Positions 28,287 through 38,388 of a DNA stretch of 64,000 bases are shown here, piece by piece. The notes beneath the pieces are model-generated. The model searched no databases. It was not told the origin of the DNA and worked only from the letters and a program-made list of their open reading frames with translations. The stretch is from Desulfatiglandales bacterium (lineage in GTDB: Bacteria > Desulfobacterota > DSM-4660 > Desulfatiglandales > Desulfatiglandaceae): the NCBI GenBank assembly GCA_963662465.1, contig OY759599.1, positions 2,304,001 to 2,368,000 on the forward strand. Reading direction: 5' to 3'. The translations under genes and the position numbers were made by a program. Within the stretch, counting starts at the first letter, position 1; the number at the start of each line of letters is the position of its first letter.

Positions 28287-29810
28287 TTATTCCTTTCCCA
28301 TATCTCTTTTCAACATGGCTTTTACGACACCGAGCGATACCACATACAGGACCCGCGATGCCTCATTAAGGCCCAACAGGTCACGCGCCTCCCCGTCATA
28401 AAATGCACCGATACCGCAGCAACCCAGGCCCAGGGCCGAGGCAGCCAGATAAAGCCGTTCCCCCAGGCAACCGGCCGTCATCATGGCATATCGGTATCCC
28501 CTGGGTCCCCATGCACGTTCCAAAACCTTCATGTTGGTCATGAACACAACATGTACAGACGCCTGGGCCATCCAACCCTGATCCAGACAGATTTGCGACA
28601 TGGATACGGTAAAGGACCCAGGCCGAACCAAGTCGAGACCTTTCCCATTTTCATCCATCAGATAAAATCCATCCCGCAGGGATTCGACGCCATGGGTCAA
28701 AAATCCAATGCAAATACCTTGAAAGCAGGGGGCCTTTTCTCCGGAACCTGTTGCGAAAAGAACCTTCAGCAGTCGGCCAAAGCTGGAAATGGGCATGGCT
28801 TCTGCAATGAAGTTTCTGCTGGATCTTCTGCGGAAAACAGCATCCGGATACCATAAGGTCGTACCGGGAATCGATTTCGAAGGGATCGAAACCCCGACTT
28901 CAGGAGAAAACCCCAGGGCGCCGCGCATGTTAAAATCCGTTTTGTTTGATAAAACCCTTTCATATCCGGCAATGTGAACCGCCCGAACCGCCGATGTGTC
29001 GAATTCAACAGGGGATACACGGCTGGCCCCTTTAACGGTTTCAGACAAACCCTCAATCATCAGGGGGTCAAGTCTCGCGTCTTGTTCCAACACCCTCTTC
29101 ACCCGGCACACGGCAAGGGCAACTTCCAGGTTGTCATCCAGGCCCAGCAACCCATTAACGACCGGATCATCGAAATCGAATGTGATGTCAAATGCATATC
29201 CCAGCGCTTTGAGAGAGAGGGCAAGATTTTCAAGGACATGACCCGTATCCAGCAAATGGTAACGATAAGAACGATCACGGTATTTCCATGCACTTCGAAA
29301 AAAAATGGCCGTTAAAAAAAATGTAAGCGGAAAAGCCCCCTCAAATTTATCATCGATAATGTCTTTCACCGAACCCGAAAAATGTCCATCACGAAGCTTC
29401 ACCAAGCGGTGTTGGGCAATGGAAAAATGATAAAGCCCGGGGTCCAAATCCTTCATCCCCTCACTCATCACATAGATTTCCGTAGGATAAAGGGCGCCGG
29501 CGGAAGCGGCGCTTCGAAAATAAAACATACCGCCCGAGTGATCCGCCCGAGAAGTTAACGTATAGGTCAAAGACAGCATTCGGGAAAGGGTTTCCAGGTC
29601 AAAAACGTCACTTTCCCTTCGAAGTTCAGGCCCATAAAGGGCAAAAAGATCCGCCCGGGGCAGCGGCATCTCACGGGGCAGAGTGATGCATTTCAGACCG
29701 GCATATGTTTTGAAAACATCCGGCTGGTTCTGCCAGTCCAGAAGATGTCCACCCATCTGTGACCGCTTATAGCAGGTCTTTTCATGGTATGCACCGGCAG
29801 TTTGTTTCAT
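28287..29810 (-). CDS. SagB/ThcOx-family nitroreductase (tandem domains)
   Basis: SAGALYPTEIY, WKYRDRSYRY, RRSSRNF, CGIGAFYD. Confidence 0.85.
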   Translation of the reverse strand: MKQTAGAYHEKTCYKRSQMGGHLLDWQNQPDVFKTYAGLKCITLPREMPLPRADLFALYGPELRRESDVFDLETLSRMLSLTYTLTSRADHSGGMFYFRSAASAGALYPTEIYVMSEGMKDLDPGLYHFSIAQHRLVKLRDGHFSGSVKDIIDDKFEGAFPLTFFLTAIFFRSAWKYRDRSYRYHLLDTGHVLENLALSLKALGYAFDITFDFDDPVVNGLLGLDDNLEVALAVCRVKRVLEQDARLDPLMIEGLSETVKGASRVSPVEFDTSAVRAVHIAGYERVLSNKTDFNMRGALGFSPEVGVSIPSKSIPGTTLWYPDAVFRRRSSRNFIAEAMPISSFGRLLKVLFATGSGEKAPCFQGICIGFLTHGVESLRDGFYLMDENGKGLDLVRPGSFTVSMSQICLDQGWMAQASVHVVFMTNMKVLERAWGPRGYRYAMMTAGCLGERLYLAASALGLGCCGIGAFYDGEARDLLGLNEASRVLYVVSLGVVKAMLKRDMGKE

Positions 29811-29923
29811 GTTTGCCTCGCTTTTTCCATTTTAAAGATTTTCCCCGCCATGGCCCCTGAACACACCATCATGCCAGGCGGGAAAAATATCTCAATCAAA
29901 CCAATGGTTCCGGTTCGAAAACC

Positions 29924-31897
29924 TTAGACCGCTGCAAGCTTCTGCCTGTCGGCCATGTCCATCAGGACTCGTTCCCTGGCCCGGTCAATACCCAGCGCCT
30001 TTCTTTTCTTGTCAATGTGGGCAATCATCATGCGGGCCATTTCATAAGGATCCGCCGTAAACCCCCATTTACCAAATCCCATCTCTTCCAGCCCATTAAA
30101 GAGAAGCTGATGGAACTTCGTTCCTTCGATGATGGGATAGGTCACGCCGAAAACCGTGTACACCCCCGACGCCACAAAATAATGCCCGATGGAAATGGCC
30201 TTTTCACTCATCCACTCCGGGGCAGCCCCGGCAACGGGAAGATCCGCCAGGCTGTTTCCCAGTCCACCGGTCCGCACCATCTCCGAACAGGCAGTGAGAA
30301 TTCGGCTGTTATCCACACAGGAACCCAGTCCCAGAACAGGCGGCATCCCCACCGTCTCACAAACTTCACTGAGCCCGGGACCCGCCAGGGACGCAGCCTC
30401 AGGCCGATACAAACCGGCCTTTGCCAGAGCGATCTGCGAACATCCGGTCTGCACCACCAGTACATCGTTTCGAATCAGCTCTTTGACCAGCTCCACGTGA
30501 ACCCAGTCATGTTTCACCCTTGGGTTGGTGCAACCCACCACACCGGCCACGCCCCTGATCCGCCCGTTGATGATATTCTCATTTAAGGGCTTGTAGGAGG
30601 ACCTAAAGGTTCCCCCCAACATGTAGTTAATGGATTCCATTGAAAAACCATGAATTCCGGGGTTCTTGATATTGGGAATCTCAACCGGCATTGTCCGATT
30701 TTTAAACCGGTCAATAGCGCTTTTGACAATGGCATCCGTACATGCTCTCGGTTCATGTTCTACAAATTCAATATGGTCTACCCCCTCTATATGGCATCTG
30801 GGGTTGGTGGTAAAGAGTTTGGTGCCGTAACAATCGGCCACCTGGGCAAGTCCCTGCTTGATGCACTGCACGTCAACGCCCATGGCATCCACAGCGCCGG
30901 TCACCAGAATCGTTTCCGTACTCATGAAATTGCCCACATGGGGGATCCCGTGGCGGGAGAGCATTTCAGCGCCTGAACAGCACATCCCCACCAAATTGAT
31001 GCCCTTGGCCCCCGCCCCTTTTGCAGCTTCAAGAAGTCCGGGATCATCCACCGAAGCCATCATGGACTCAAAGAGATTGGGCTCATGTCCGTGAATAATC
31101 ACATTTACCTCATCCTCTTTGAGGCATCCCATGTTGACATCCCCTTGGACGGGTTTGGGCGTGCCGAAGAGAATATCCGATATTTCAGTGGCCACCATGG
31201 AACCACCCCAGCCGTCCGACAAGGCGGTTCGAGTACACTGCTGGGTGATGTTCTCGTAATGCTGGTCCACCCCCATATGGGTGCGATGCATCAATTCCAT
31301 AATTTCGCGCATAGCGCCTCGGGGCACCACCCCATGTTTTCGCCATGTCTCCAGTGTTTTCTCGGGAACCCTTTTGGCAAAGGGGATCTCCCCTTCCACC
31401 TGGGTATAGGTCCGTTCCAGTTCGTGGTAAAGATCCAGGGCAATATCCTTAATCTCCCGATCCGCCACCTCAATGCCCAATCCCGAGGCCACCGCTTTCA
31501 ATTTAATAGGATCTTTTATGGAATATTCCTTAATATGACCATTCACAACCTCCCTGAAAAGACCCAGCATGCTCATGCCATGATCCGTATGGGCAGCAGC
31601 GCCTGAAGCCACCATTCTGGCAAAGTTACGAGCCTGAATCGTATCGATGGTCGCCCCGCAGACACCGACTTTTCCATAAGGGTCTTTAGAACTCAATCTA
31701 CAGGGTCCCATGGAGCAATTCTTGCAGCAGGCGGAATCGGCGCCAATCGGGCAAGCCTTCATGGCCGCCGCACGGTGAAAAGCGGTTTCAACACCATCTC
31801 GTTCAGCCTTTCGCAACATCTGAGCCGTGGCATCGCAAAGAGTTGCCTCTTTGATGTTCAAAGGTTTTATTTCTTTAATTTTCATGTCCTTTTCCAT
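29924..31897 (-). CDS. cooS: Anaerobic Ni-containing carbon monoxide dehydrogenase catalytic subunit
   Basis: C-x7-CCKNCSMGPC, HTDH, GHEP, MCCSG, VQC, VGCTN, TGCS, GSCVDNSR, SEKA: B-, C- and D-cluster ligand positions present. Confidence 0.93.
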   Translation of the reverse strand: MEKDMKIKEIKPLNIKEATLCDATAQMLRKAERDGVETAFHRAAAMKACPIGADSACCKNCSMGPCRLSSKDPYGKVGVCGATIDTIQARNFARMVASGAAAHTDHGMSMLGLFREVVNGHIKEYSIKDPIKLKAVASGLGIEVADREIKDIALDLYHELERTYTQVEGEIPFAKRVPEKTLETWRKHGVVPRGAMREIMELMHRTHMGVDQHYENITQQCTRTALSDGWGGSMVATEISDILFGTPKPVQGDVNMGCLKEDEVNVIIHGHEPNLFESMMASVDDPGLLEAAKGAGAKGINLVGMCCSGAEMLSRHGIPHVGNFMSTETILVTGAVDAMGVDVQCIKQGLAQVADCYGTKLFTTNPRCHIEGVDHIEFVEHEPRACTDAIVKSAIDRFKNRTMPVEIPNIKNPGIHGFSMESINYMLGGTFRSSYKPLNENIINGRIRGVAGVVGCTNPRVKHDWVHVELVKELIRNDVLVVQTGCSQIALAKAGLYRPEAASLAGPGLSEVCETVGMPPVLGLGSCVDNSRILTACSEMVRTGGLGNSLADLPVAGAAPEWMSEKAISIGHYFVASGVYTVFGVTYPIIEGTKFHQLLFNGLEEMGFGKWGFTADPYEMARMMIAHIDKKRKALGIDRARERVLMDMADRQKLAAV

Positions 31898-31992
31898 ATC
31901 TACCTCCTTGGTTGATATTCTCCCTTCGTGGGAAAAATTAATTTTTCAGACTTTTAATTATCATCAACACAAAACACCCCATATTGCGACAT

Positions 31993-32009
31993 AGCAGGTT
32001 GTGTGCCAA
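31993..32009 (-). promoter_or_regulatory. Sigma54 (-24/-12) promoter for cooS
   Basis: Minus strand TTGGCACACAACCTGCT matches TGGCAC-N5-(T)TGC with GG-N10-GC spacing, about 95 nt upstream of the ATG. Confidence 0.7.
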
Positions 32010-32332
32010 TGCAAACTAAAGATCCATACAATCTTTAACATATCCCATGGTTGCATCGAAACAGCGTCATCCTCCGCGATAAAGAATCATCACTAAAGAA
32101 TGGCCCGTGAGACATAAGTGACACGAAAAAAATTTAGGTTATTGATATGATTATTATTTTATGGTTTTGCGCATGTTTCTTCACAAAACTTCCCGGAATC
32201 GCGAAGTGCATCGGCAAAAAGAGTTGAACGGGGTGAATCCCAAAAAACAGAGAGAATTAATTAAGCAATAAAAAGGGTTAGCAAAAAAATCTTCCGCCAT
32301 AAGAAAGCACGGCTACCAAATGAAGGAAACAA

Positions 32333-32364
32333 AAGGATGTCTCATTTTAATTTGAGACATCCTT
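32333..32364. terminator. 12-bp perfect hairpin, likely terminator of the ferritin-like gene (or operator)
   Basis: AAGGATGTCTCA-N8-TGAGACATCCTT flanked by A/T runs. Confidence 0.5.
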
Positions 32365-32419
32365 GTTTTATGAAACATTTTCCTTTGTCTCAAACCTTGA
32401 AAGATGAACCCATAAACCG

Positions 32420-32905
32420 CTACAAAAAAGAAATGCGGGTCAGTTGCGAAAGATGGCCAAATTCTTCACGGATGATTTTTTTCAGCAAATGATTAAAATC
32501 GCCATCTTCAACCAGACTCACCAATCCGGAATAGAATACGATACTGTCCTTTTCAAATCCGATGGCAAGCTGAATAACCTCCGACACATCCTCATGGCCT
32601 GAAATGGTGCGATTCAAGATAAAATCAAAATCAAACACACGGTAATCCTGAATGGCTTTCACGTATTTGGAAATGGATTCCCCATCATACTCCTCAAAAA
32701 TACCCACATCCTGTTTTTCGTATTTTGCTTTCAGGTCCGAAAAAAAATGTTCATGGTCCAGCTCCATGGACGCCAATCTTTGGAACTCCTGCCGCGCCTC
32801 CTCATTCATTGCGAGTTTTGAGGCTTGCTGGTAAAATTGAGCACACGCGTATTCAAGTCTTTCCCCCATTTTCAACAGACTCAAAACGACTCCTCGTGAA
32901 TCCAT
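32420..32905 (-). CDS. Ferritin-like (rubrerythrin-family) protein
   Basis: LE...MELDH / FEKDSIVFY...EEFGH. Confidence 0.85.
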   Translation of the reverse strand: MDSRGVVLSLLKMGERLEYACAQFYQQASKLAMNEEARQEFQRLASMELDHEHFFSDLKAKYEKQDVGIFEEYDGESISKYVKAIQDYRVFDFDFILNRTISGHEDVSEVIQLAIGFEKDSIVFYSGLVSLVEDGDFNHLLKKIIREEFGHLSQLTRISFL

Positions 32906-33117
32906 TTTTCAGTACTCCGAAATGTTCCATTTCGATTTATTTGCCGACCCTTAAGGCGACTTCTTTTTAGGAACCTAAAAAATACAGGTTTAAAACATAG
33001 CAAATTAACAACATTGTCGGCAATAAAAAAACCGGCTCAAAATTATTTCATGACAAAACAGCGAAAAGCATGTATTTTTTAAAAGAAACCGACCCTCACA
33101 TTTTACGGAAAAATATC

Positions 33118-34353
33118 ATGAAAAACTCCTCCTTGAAAATATTCACGGCAGCCCTCATGATTTCCGGCAACACCATCGGCGCCGGCATACTGGGATTACC
33201 CGTTCTGGGTGGAATGGCGGGAGCGCTTCCATCGACCATCGGCCTTTTCACCATTTGGATGGTAATGCTGGGGACAGGTTTTATTTTAGCCTGGCGAATG
33301 ATCAGTCACGGCAACGACATTCAAGGACTGCCGTCGCTGTTTCACAGGGAACTGGGACCCATTGGAAAAGGGTTTGCCACCATCGGTTATCTGATCAACT
33401 ACTTTGGCATTCTGGTGGCCTATCTGTGCGGGGGAGCCACCATCATCACACACCTTTTCAACATCGATATTCCGGAATCCGTTGTCACCCTGGTTCTTTT
33501 TACCGTTCTGACCGCCGTCACCCTGTTTGGCGTGGAAGTGGTTCGCAACAGCAACGCGGCATTGATGGCGCTGCTTTTTGTGGCATTTGTGTATCTGATT
33601 CTAGCCTCTGGAAAGAGCGTACATCCCCAATGGTTCCGGTATGCGGACTGGGGGTTCTTTCCGGTTGTTTTTCCAGTATTTGTTTGTGCCTTTACCTATC
33701 ACAACACTATCCCCATCGTCGTACGGGTTCTGGATTACGACCGTCCATCCGTCAAAAGAGCCCTTATCGTGGGAACAGCAATCCCACTGGTCCTGTCGGT
33801 TTTATGGACGCTGTCCGCCATCGGCTGCCTGCCGTTGGAGGGATCGGGAAACAATACGATCTATCACGCTTTCAAGGAAAACCTGCCGGCCACCATCCCG
33901 TTGGCCCATATCCTCGATTCCGATATTTTCACGACCGTCAGTTTGATTTTTTCCCTCCTGGCTATTGCCACATCTTATCTGGCCGTGGGAACCGGTTTGC
34001 TGAACTTTATGAAAGACTTGACGCGCCCCTTTTTCAAAAGGAGGAATCGCGCCACGGATGCCCTTCTGGCTTTTGGTCCGCCCCTGTTTATCACCCTTTG
34101 TTACCCCGACCTTTTTCTGATTGCATTGAATGTAGCGGGAGGAGTGGGCATTGGAATGGTATTCGGAATACTGCCTGGCATGATTCTCCTTAAAATGCGG
34201 CAAACATTCAAACCCGGTCTTGCATTAGGCATGGGCATTATCCTGTTTTTCACGGCGGTCATGGGAATGGAACTGCTTCAGGAAACAGGCAGGCTTAAAA
34301 TCAGTCCCCACATGGAACATTGGACCTCAACATTCAATCAGCAGAAGGATTGA
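33118..34353 (+). CDS. Aromatic amino acid permease (TyrP/Mtr family)
   Basis: GNTIGAGILGLP, AFTYHNTIP, AIATSYL; about 11 TM segments; start uncertain (33070 or 33118). Confidence 0.85.
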   Translation: MKNSSLKIFTAALMISGNTIGAGILGLPVLGGMAGALPSTIGLFTIWMVMLGTGFILAWRMISHGNDIQGLPSLFHRELGPIGKGFATIGYLINYFGILVAYLCGGATIITHLFNIDIPESVVTLVLFTVLTAVTLFGVEVVRNSNAALMALLFVAFVYLILASGKSVHPQWFRYADWGFFPVVFPVFVCAFTYHNTIPIVVRVLDYDRPSVKRALIVGTAIPLVLSVLWTLSAIGCLPLEGSGNNTIYHAFKENLPATIPLAHILDSDIFTTVSLIFSLLAIATSYLAVGTGLLNFMKDLTRPFFKRRNRATDALLAFGPPLFITLCYPDLFLIALNVAGGVGIGMVFGILPGMILLKMRQTFKPGLALGMGIILFFTAVMGMELLQETGRLKISPHMEHWTSTFNQQKD

Positions 34354-34368
34354 TGGCCATAACCCGCT

Positions 34369-34818
34369 TCACGGGTCCGATTTTTCAAATTCGGATTCAA
34401 TGGGCGCAAATTCCTTTAAAACCGCTTCATAGCTTCCACCCAAAAGAGGTGCATCGGCTTCCGGCGCCGTCTGTCGCCGCGATTCCGTCTTTTCCCTTTC
34501 CCCACTATCAGGATTAGGAGGCAATTCTTCAGCGGGGGGAATTTCAGGCGCAATACCGCTGCCGGCAATGGAAATAAAATTCCCCGCCCTATCCAAAAAC
34601 ACGGAAAGATTCACCAACACCTCAAAATCAATGGAATAGACCACATCCTTCCCCTGGACGCCTATGGCCGCATGTTTACACTGGATATCTTCTCCCACAT
34701 CGAGATTATGAATCCTTTTAAATATTTCCCGGATCACACGCCGATCAAAATTCGAAGCAATGGCCTTGACCAACGCTTCTTCCCCTTTCTTAATGGCCTC
34801 GGGATTTGCGACTCTCAT
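34369..34818 (-). CDS. Hypothetical protein co-oriented with ParA
   Basis: ORF with AAGGAG RBS directly downstream of parA-like gene; acidic, Pro-rich tail. Confidence 0.65.
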   Translation of the reverse strand: MRVANPEAIKKGEEALVKAIASNFDRRVIREIFKRIHNLDVGEDIQCKHAAIGVQGKDVVYSIDFEVLVNLSVFLDRAGNFISIAGSGIAPEIPPAEELPPNPDSGEREKTESRRQTAPEADAPLLGGSYEAVLKEFAPIESEFEKSDP

Positions 34819-34831
34819 ATGACCCACTCCT

Positions 34832-35593
34832 TCATTTCAAATGCAGGATCTCCCCTGCCAATTTCAGATAACACCTTGCACCATAGGCCCCAAGATCCTT
34901 CTGAAAAATCGGCTTGCCATCCGCCGGAGCATTCTTCAAGGCAGTATTCCTGGGAATCACCGTATTAAACAGCAGGGGACCAAACCGCTCCCTGGCAGTT
35001 TCACAAATCCGCAGACCGACGCTTTCGCCAACGTCAAACATGGTCAAAAGGATACCACTCATTTGAAGGGATGGGTTGCCGGTATTTTTGATGATATTCA
35101 TGACCTGCATCAAGGGGGCAACCGCATCAAGAGCATAGGCTTCACATTGCATGGGGATCAGCAGAAAATCGGCCGCCGTAAGGGCGTTAAAGGTCAGAAG
35201 CCCCAAAGATGGAGGGGTGTCCAAGAGAACATATTCAAAAGATTCCGTTGCACCGGACAAAAAATTCCGAAGCCTTTTTTCCTTGTCAACGCTTGTCATC
35301 AGTTCAACTTCCGCCCTGAAAAGTTCCGTGCGGGCCGGCAGGAGCTGCAAAAAAGCGAAATGGCTCTGAAGAACAATATCGCTCAGAGCAACGCCTTCAA
35401 CCAGTGCGTGATACATCGTTTTTTTGAGGGTTTTTTTATCAATGCCAAGGCCTGACGTGGCATTCCCCTGGGGGTCCAGGTCAACCAGAAGTGTTTTTCT
35501 TTCCAGCAAGGCCAAGGCGACTGCAAGGTTGACCGCCGTGGTCGTCTTTCCAACCCCGCCCTTCTGGCTTGATATCGCAATAACAATTCCCAT
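34832..35593 (-). CDS. ParA/Soj-family ATPase
   Basis: QKGGVGKTTT, DLDPQGNAT, DTPPSLG. Confidence 0.9.
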   Translation of the reverse strand: MGIVIAISSQKGGVGKTTTAVNLAVALALLERKTLLVDLDPQGNATSGLGIDKKTLKKTMYHALVEGVALSDIVLQSHFAFLQLLPARTELFRAEVELMTSVDKEKRLRNFLSGATESFEYVLLDTPPSLGLLTFNALTAADFLLIPMQCEAYALDAVAPLMQVMNIIKNTGNPSLQMSGILLTMFDVGESVGLRICETARERFGPLLFNTVIPRNTALKNAPADGKPIFQKDLGAYGARCYLKLAGEILHLK

Positions 35594-35711
35594 GTTCACA
35601 GATCCAACTGACGGTCAAATTTGCGCCTCTGCCCACGCTAAAACTGCATTTTGCAGACTAACCACTTTTACCGTTTGCGGTCAATTTATTTCTTATTTTC
35701 TTTTTTTTTAA

Positions 35712-36866
35712 TCAAGGCCTTTCGGAAAGCAACACACGAATGTGCTTAGAAAATCCCTTTCTCAAAATCGAGAGGTCCGCTCCCTGCCCCACTTCCATCT
35801 GCTCCACATAATGAACCAACTGTTTCATATCCGTGATTGAAACGTCATTAATATCGGTGATAATATCCCCTCCCAGAAGGAGCCGGATTCCTCCGATCAC
35901 CACTTCCCGGTTCCCCCCCCTCAAGCCGGCCTGATAAGCCGGCCCACCACGCACCACCTGAACCACCAGCACGCCCTGTTCCACCCCAAGCCCCAGGCCT
36001 TCAGCGAGAGAAGGGGTCAGGGAAAGCCCGGAAATGCCGAGCCAGGGCCTGGCCACCCTCCCGGCGGTGATCAATTGTGTGGCCACACGCTTGGCCAGGT
36101 TAATGGGGATAGCGAAACCGATTCCCTGGTATCCGCCCGAAAGGCTGAAAATGGCGGTGTTGATGCCGATGACATCACCGTTTGAATCCAGAAGGGGGCC
36201 GCCCGAGTTGCCGGGGTTAATGGCGGCGTCCGTCTGTATCAGGTCCTCGATCTCGTTGCCGTCCTCGGTCCGAATGCTTCGATGAAGCGCGCTGATAATT
36301 CCCGTGGTCAGGGTATGGGAAAGTCCAAAGGGATTCCCGATAGCAATGGCTTTCCTGCCGGGAAGAAGGTCATCCGAATCCCCCAGGGTGGCCACCGCTT
36401 CCACATCACCAGGGGGAATACGAATCACCGCCAGGTCGGTCCGAGGATCCCGGCCCACCAGGGTCGCTTCAATTTTTTTGCCGTTCACCGTGGTCACCGT
36501 CATCTTCTGAGCCTTGGCCACCACATGGTTGTTGGTCAGGATATATCCCCTTCGATCAATAATAAAACCCGATCCCTGGCCCTGCCTTGGGATGACCTCC
36601 ATCCAGAAATTCATGCCAAGGGTAGTGGTGGCAATATTGACCACTGCGGGATGGACTTTTTGGAACACATCTACATTGATCTTCTCATCGGAAGAATAAA
36701 CGGCCGGGTGGGCCACCATTGAAGGTTCCGGGGCATTGAAATCCAGGGATTCGGCTGTGGGGGATTTCCGCGGAAAAATGGATCGATCCTCTTTCTTGAA
36801 CCATAAGAAAAGAAAAAGCAGCAGCAGAACAAACCATATGGTTTTGGTTGAATATCTCGGCATCAT
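35712..36866 (-). CDS. HtrA/DegP-family serine protease with PDZ domain
   Basis: TNNHVV, DLAV, INPGNSGGPL; N-terminal TM; start set at ATG 36866. Confidence 0.92.
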   Translation of the reverse strand: MMPRYSTKTIWFVLLLLFLFLWFKKEDRSIFPRKSPTAESLDFNAPEPSMVAHPAVYSSDEKINVDVFQKVHPAVVNIATTTLGMNFWMEVIPRQGQGSGFIIDRRGYILTNNHVVAKAQKMTVTTVNGKKIEATLVGRDPRTDLAVIRIPPGDVEAVATLGDSDDLLPGRKAIAIGNPFGLSHTLTTGIISALHRSIRTEDGNEIEDLIQTDAAINPGNSGGPLLDSNGDVIGINTAIFSLSGGYQGIGFAIPINLAKRVATQLITAGRVARPWLGISGLSLTPSLAEGLGLGVEQGVLVVQVVRGGPAYQAGLRGGNREVVIGGIRLLLGGDIITDINDVSITDMKQLVHYVEQMEVGQGADLSILRKGFSKHIRVLLSERP

Positions 36867-37060
36867 CAGTATCCTTTTAAGAGATAGTATATTTCCACAA
36901 TATAGGTCTTTAAGGATAAATTTCAACAAACTCAGATCCTCCCAGAATTCGTTCGTCAGAGTTGACCCGCCGGCCCCGTTTTTTCGACATACCTCTTGCA
37001 ACTCTCACAATGGGCAGATATAATGTGAGTTATCCAGATAATCCACAATAGAGCTGCCAG

Positions 37061-38203
37061 ATGGAAATAACTCGCGAATTACAACTGATCCCCTTGCTGT
37101 CCATGAATTCATTCTTTCTTTTTGGACCGAGGGCTACCGGAAAGACGACCCTCATCCGAAAAGAACTTGCGGAAACTGCCACAATCATAGATCTTTTGGA
37201 TTCGCGTTATTTTCTCAAGCTCAGCAGCGCTCCCCATGAACTGGAATCTTTGATTGCCGCAACTCCTGGAAAGATTGTCGTCATTGATGAAATTCAGCGC
37301 GTCCCCGAACTTCTCAACGAAGTTCACCGGCTCATTGAAGAGCAACATATCACATTTCTTTTAACCGGCTCCAGTGCGAGAAAACTCCGACGAGGGAAGG
37401 CGAACCTTCTGGCCGGTCGCGTCTGGGAGGCAAGGATGTTTCCATTGATTTACCAGGAACTGAACAATTTTGATCTGGACCGCTATCTGCGGTACGGTGG
37501 CCTCCCTGCGGTCTATCTGAGCAACTATCCGGAGGAGGCCCTTGATGCCTATGTCAACACCTACTTGAAAGAAGAAATAATGGCAGAAGGGCTGATACGG
37601 CGTCTCCCTCCGTTTTCCCGTTTTCTGGAAGCCATTTCACTGGCCAACGGAGAGATGGTCAACTTTACCAAAATTGCCAATGACTGTCAGGTTCCTCCCT
37701 CGACAGTAACCGAATATATCCACCTTCTTGAGGACACACTCGTCGGATTCCTCCTGCCCGCGTGGACCCGCTCCAGAAAACGGAAGGCCATAAAGACCGG
37801 GAAATTTTATTTTTTCGATCCCGGTATCACACACATGCTTTGCGGCACAGAGACACTGGACCGCAATTCCAACCTCTACGGGAAGAGTTTTGAACAATTC
37901 ATCGGCATGGAGTTAAGAGCCTATCTGAGTTACACAAGAAAGAAGTTCCCGCTTCGCTACTGGAGGTCGAAAAACGGGCATGAGGTGGATTTCCTGATTG
38001 GCGAAAAAACAGCCATCGAAGTAAAGGCATCCAAAAGGATCAGCAGGAGCGACTTCCAAGGCTTAAAATATTTGAAAGAAGAAGGAATATTTCGAAATTT
38101 CGTTCTGGTCAGCCAGGACCCGATACACAGCCGTACGGATGAAATCCTGGCGCTGCACTGGCAGAAATTCCTCACAGATCTATGGAAAGACTCATTCGTA
38201 TGA
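37061..38203 (+). CDS. AAA_14 ATPase with DUF4143 / PD-(D/E)xK-like C-terminus
   Basis: GPRATGKTT, IDEIQ, LTGSSA, KFYFFDPG, EVDF...IEVK. Confidence 0.85.
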   Translation: MEITRELQLIPLLSMNSFFLFGPRATGKTTLIRKELAETATIIDLLDSRYFLKLSSAPHELESLIAATPGKIVVIDEIQRVPELLNEVHRLIEEQHITFLLTGSSARKLRRGKANLLAGRVWEARMFPLIYQELNNFDLDRYLRYGGLPAVYLSNYPEEALDAYVNTYLKEEIMAEGLIRRLPPFSRFLEAISLANGEMVNFTKIANDCQVPPSTVTEYIHLLEDTLVGFLLPAWTRSRKRKAIKTGKFYFFDPGITHMLCGTETLDRNSNLYGKSFEQFIGMELRAYLSYTRKKFPLRYWRSKNGHEVDFLIGEKTAIEVKASKRISRSDFQGLKYLKEEGIFRNFVLVSQDPIHSRTDEILALHWQKFLTDLWKDSFV

Positions 38204-38319
38204 CGGAGGATTTGTAGATTTGTAGAATGGACGTTCGTGCAGAACGTGCTATACAATTTTGACCCCGAAGGTATTTAAGGAGTTCTATCGAGTATTGATC
38301 CAATCGGGAGGATTTAAAT

Positions 38320-38358
38320 AAAATCCCCCTCAGGCGCTCTGCACTGAGGGGGATTTTT
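38320..38358. terminator. Bidirectional terminator hairpin between convergent genes
   Basis: AAAATCCCCCTCAG-N10-CTGAGGGGGATTTT. Confidence 0.8.
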
Positions 38359-38388
38359 TGGATGAATTTTTAAAGCAGGGCGCTGCAA

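Noticed and set aside
28287..29810. RiPP (azole) biosynthetic cluster around the SagB-like gene
   Set aside because: No YcaO, E1-like protein or precursor peptide nearby; the context is redox stress.
33255..34193. 312-aa alternative-frame ORF inside the permease
   Set aside because: Wholly overlaps a recognisable TyrP/Mtr gene; composition typical of an off-frame read.
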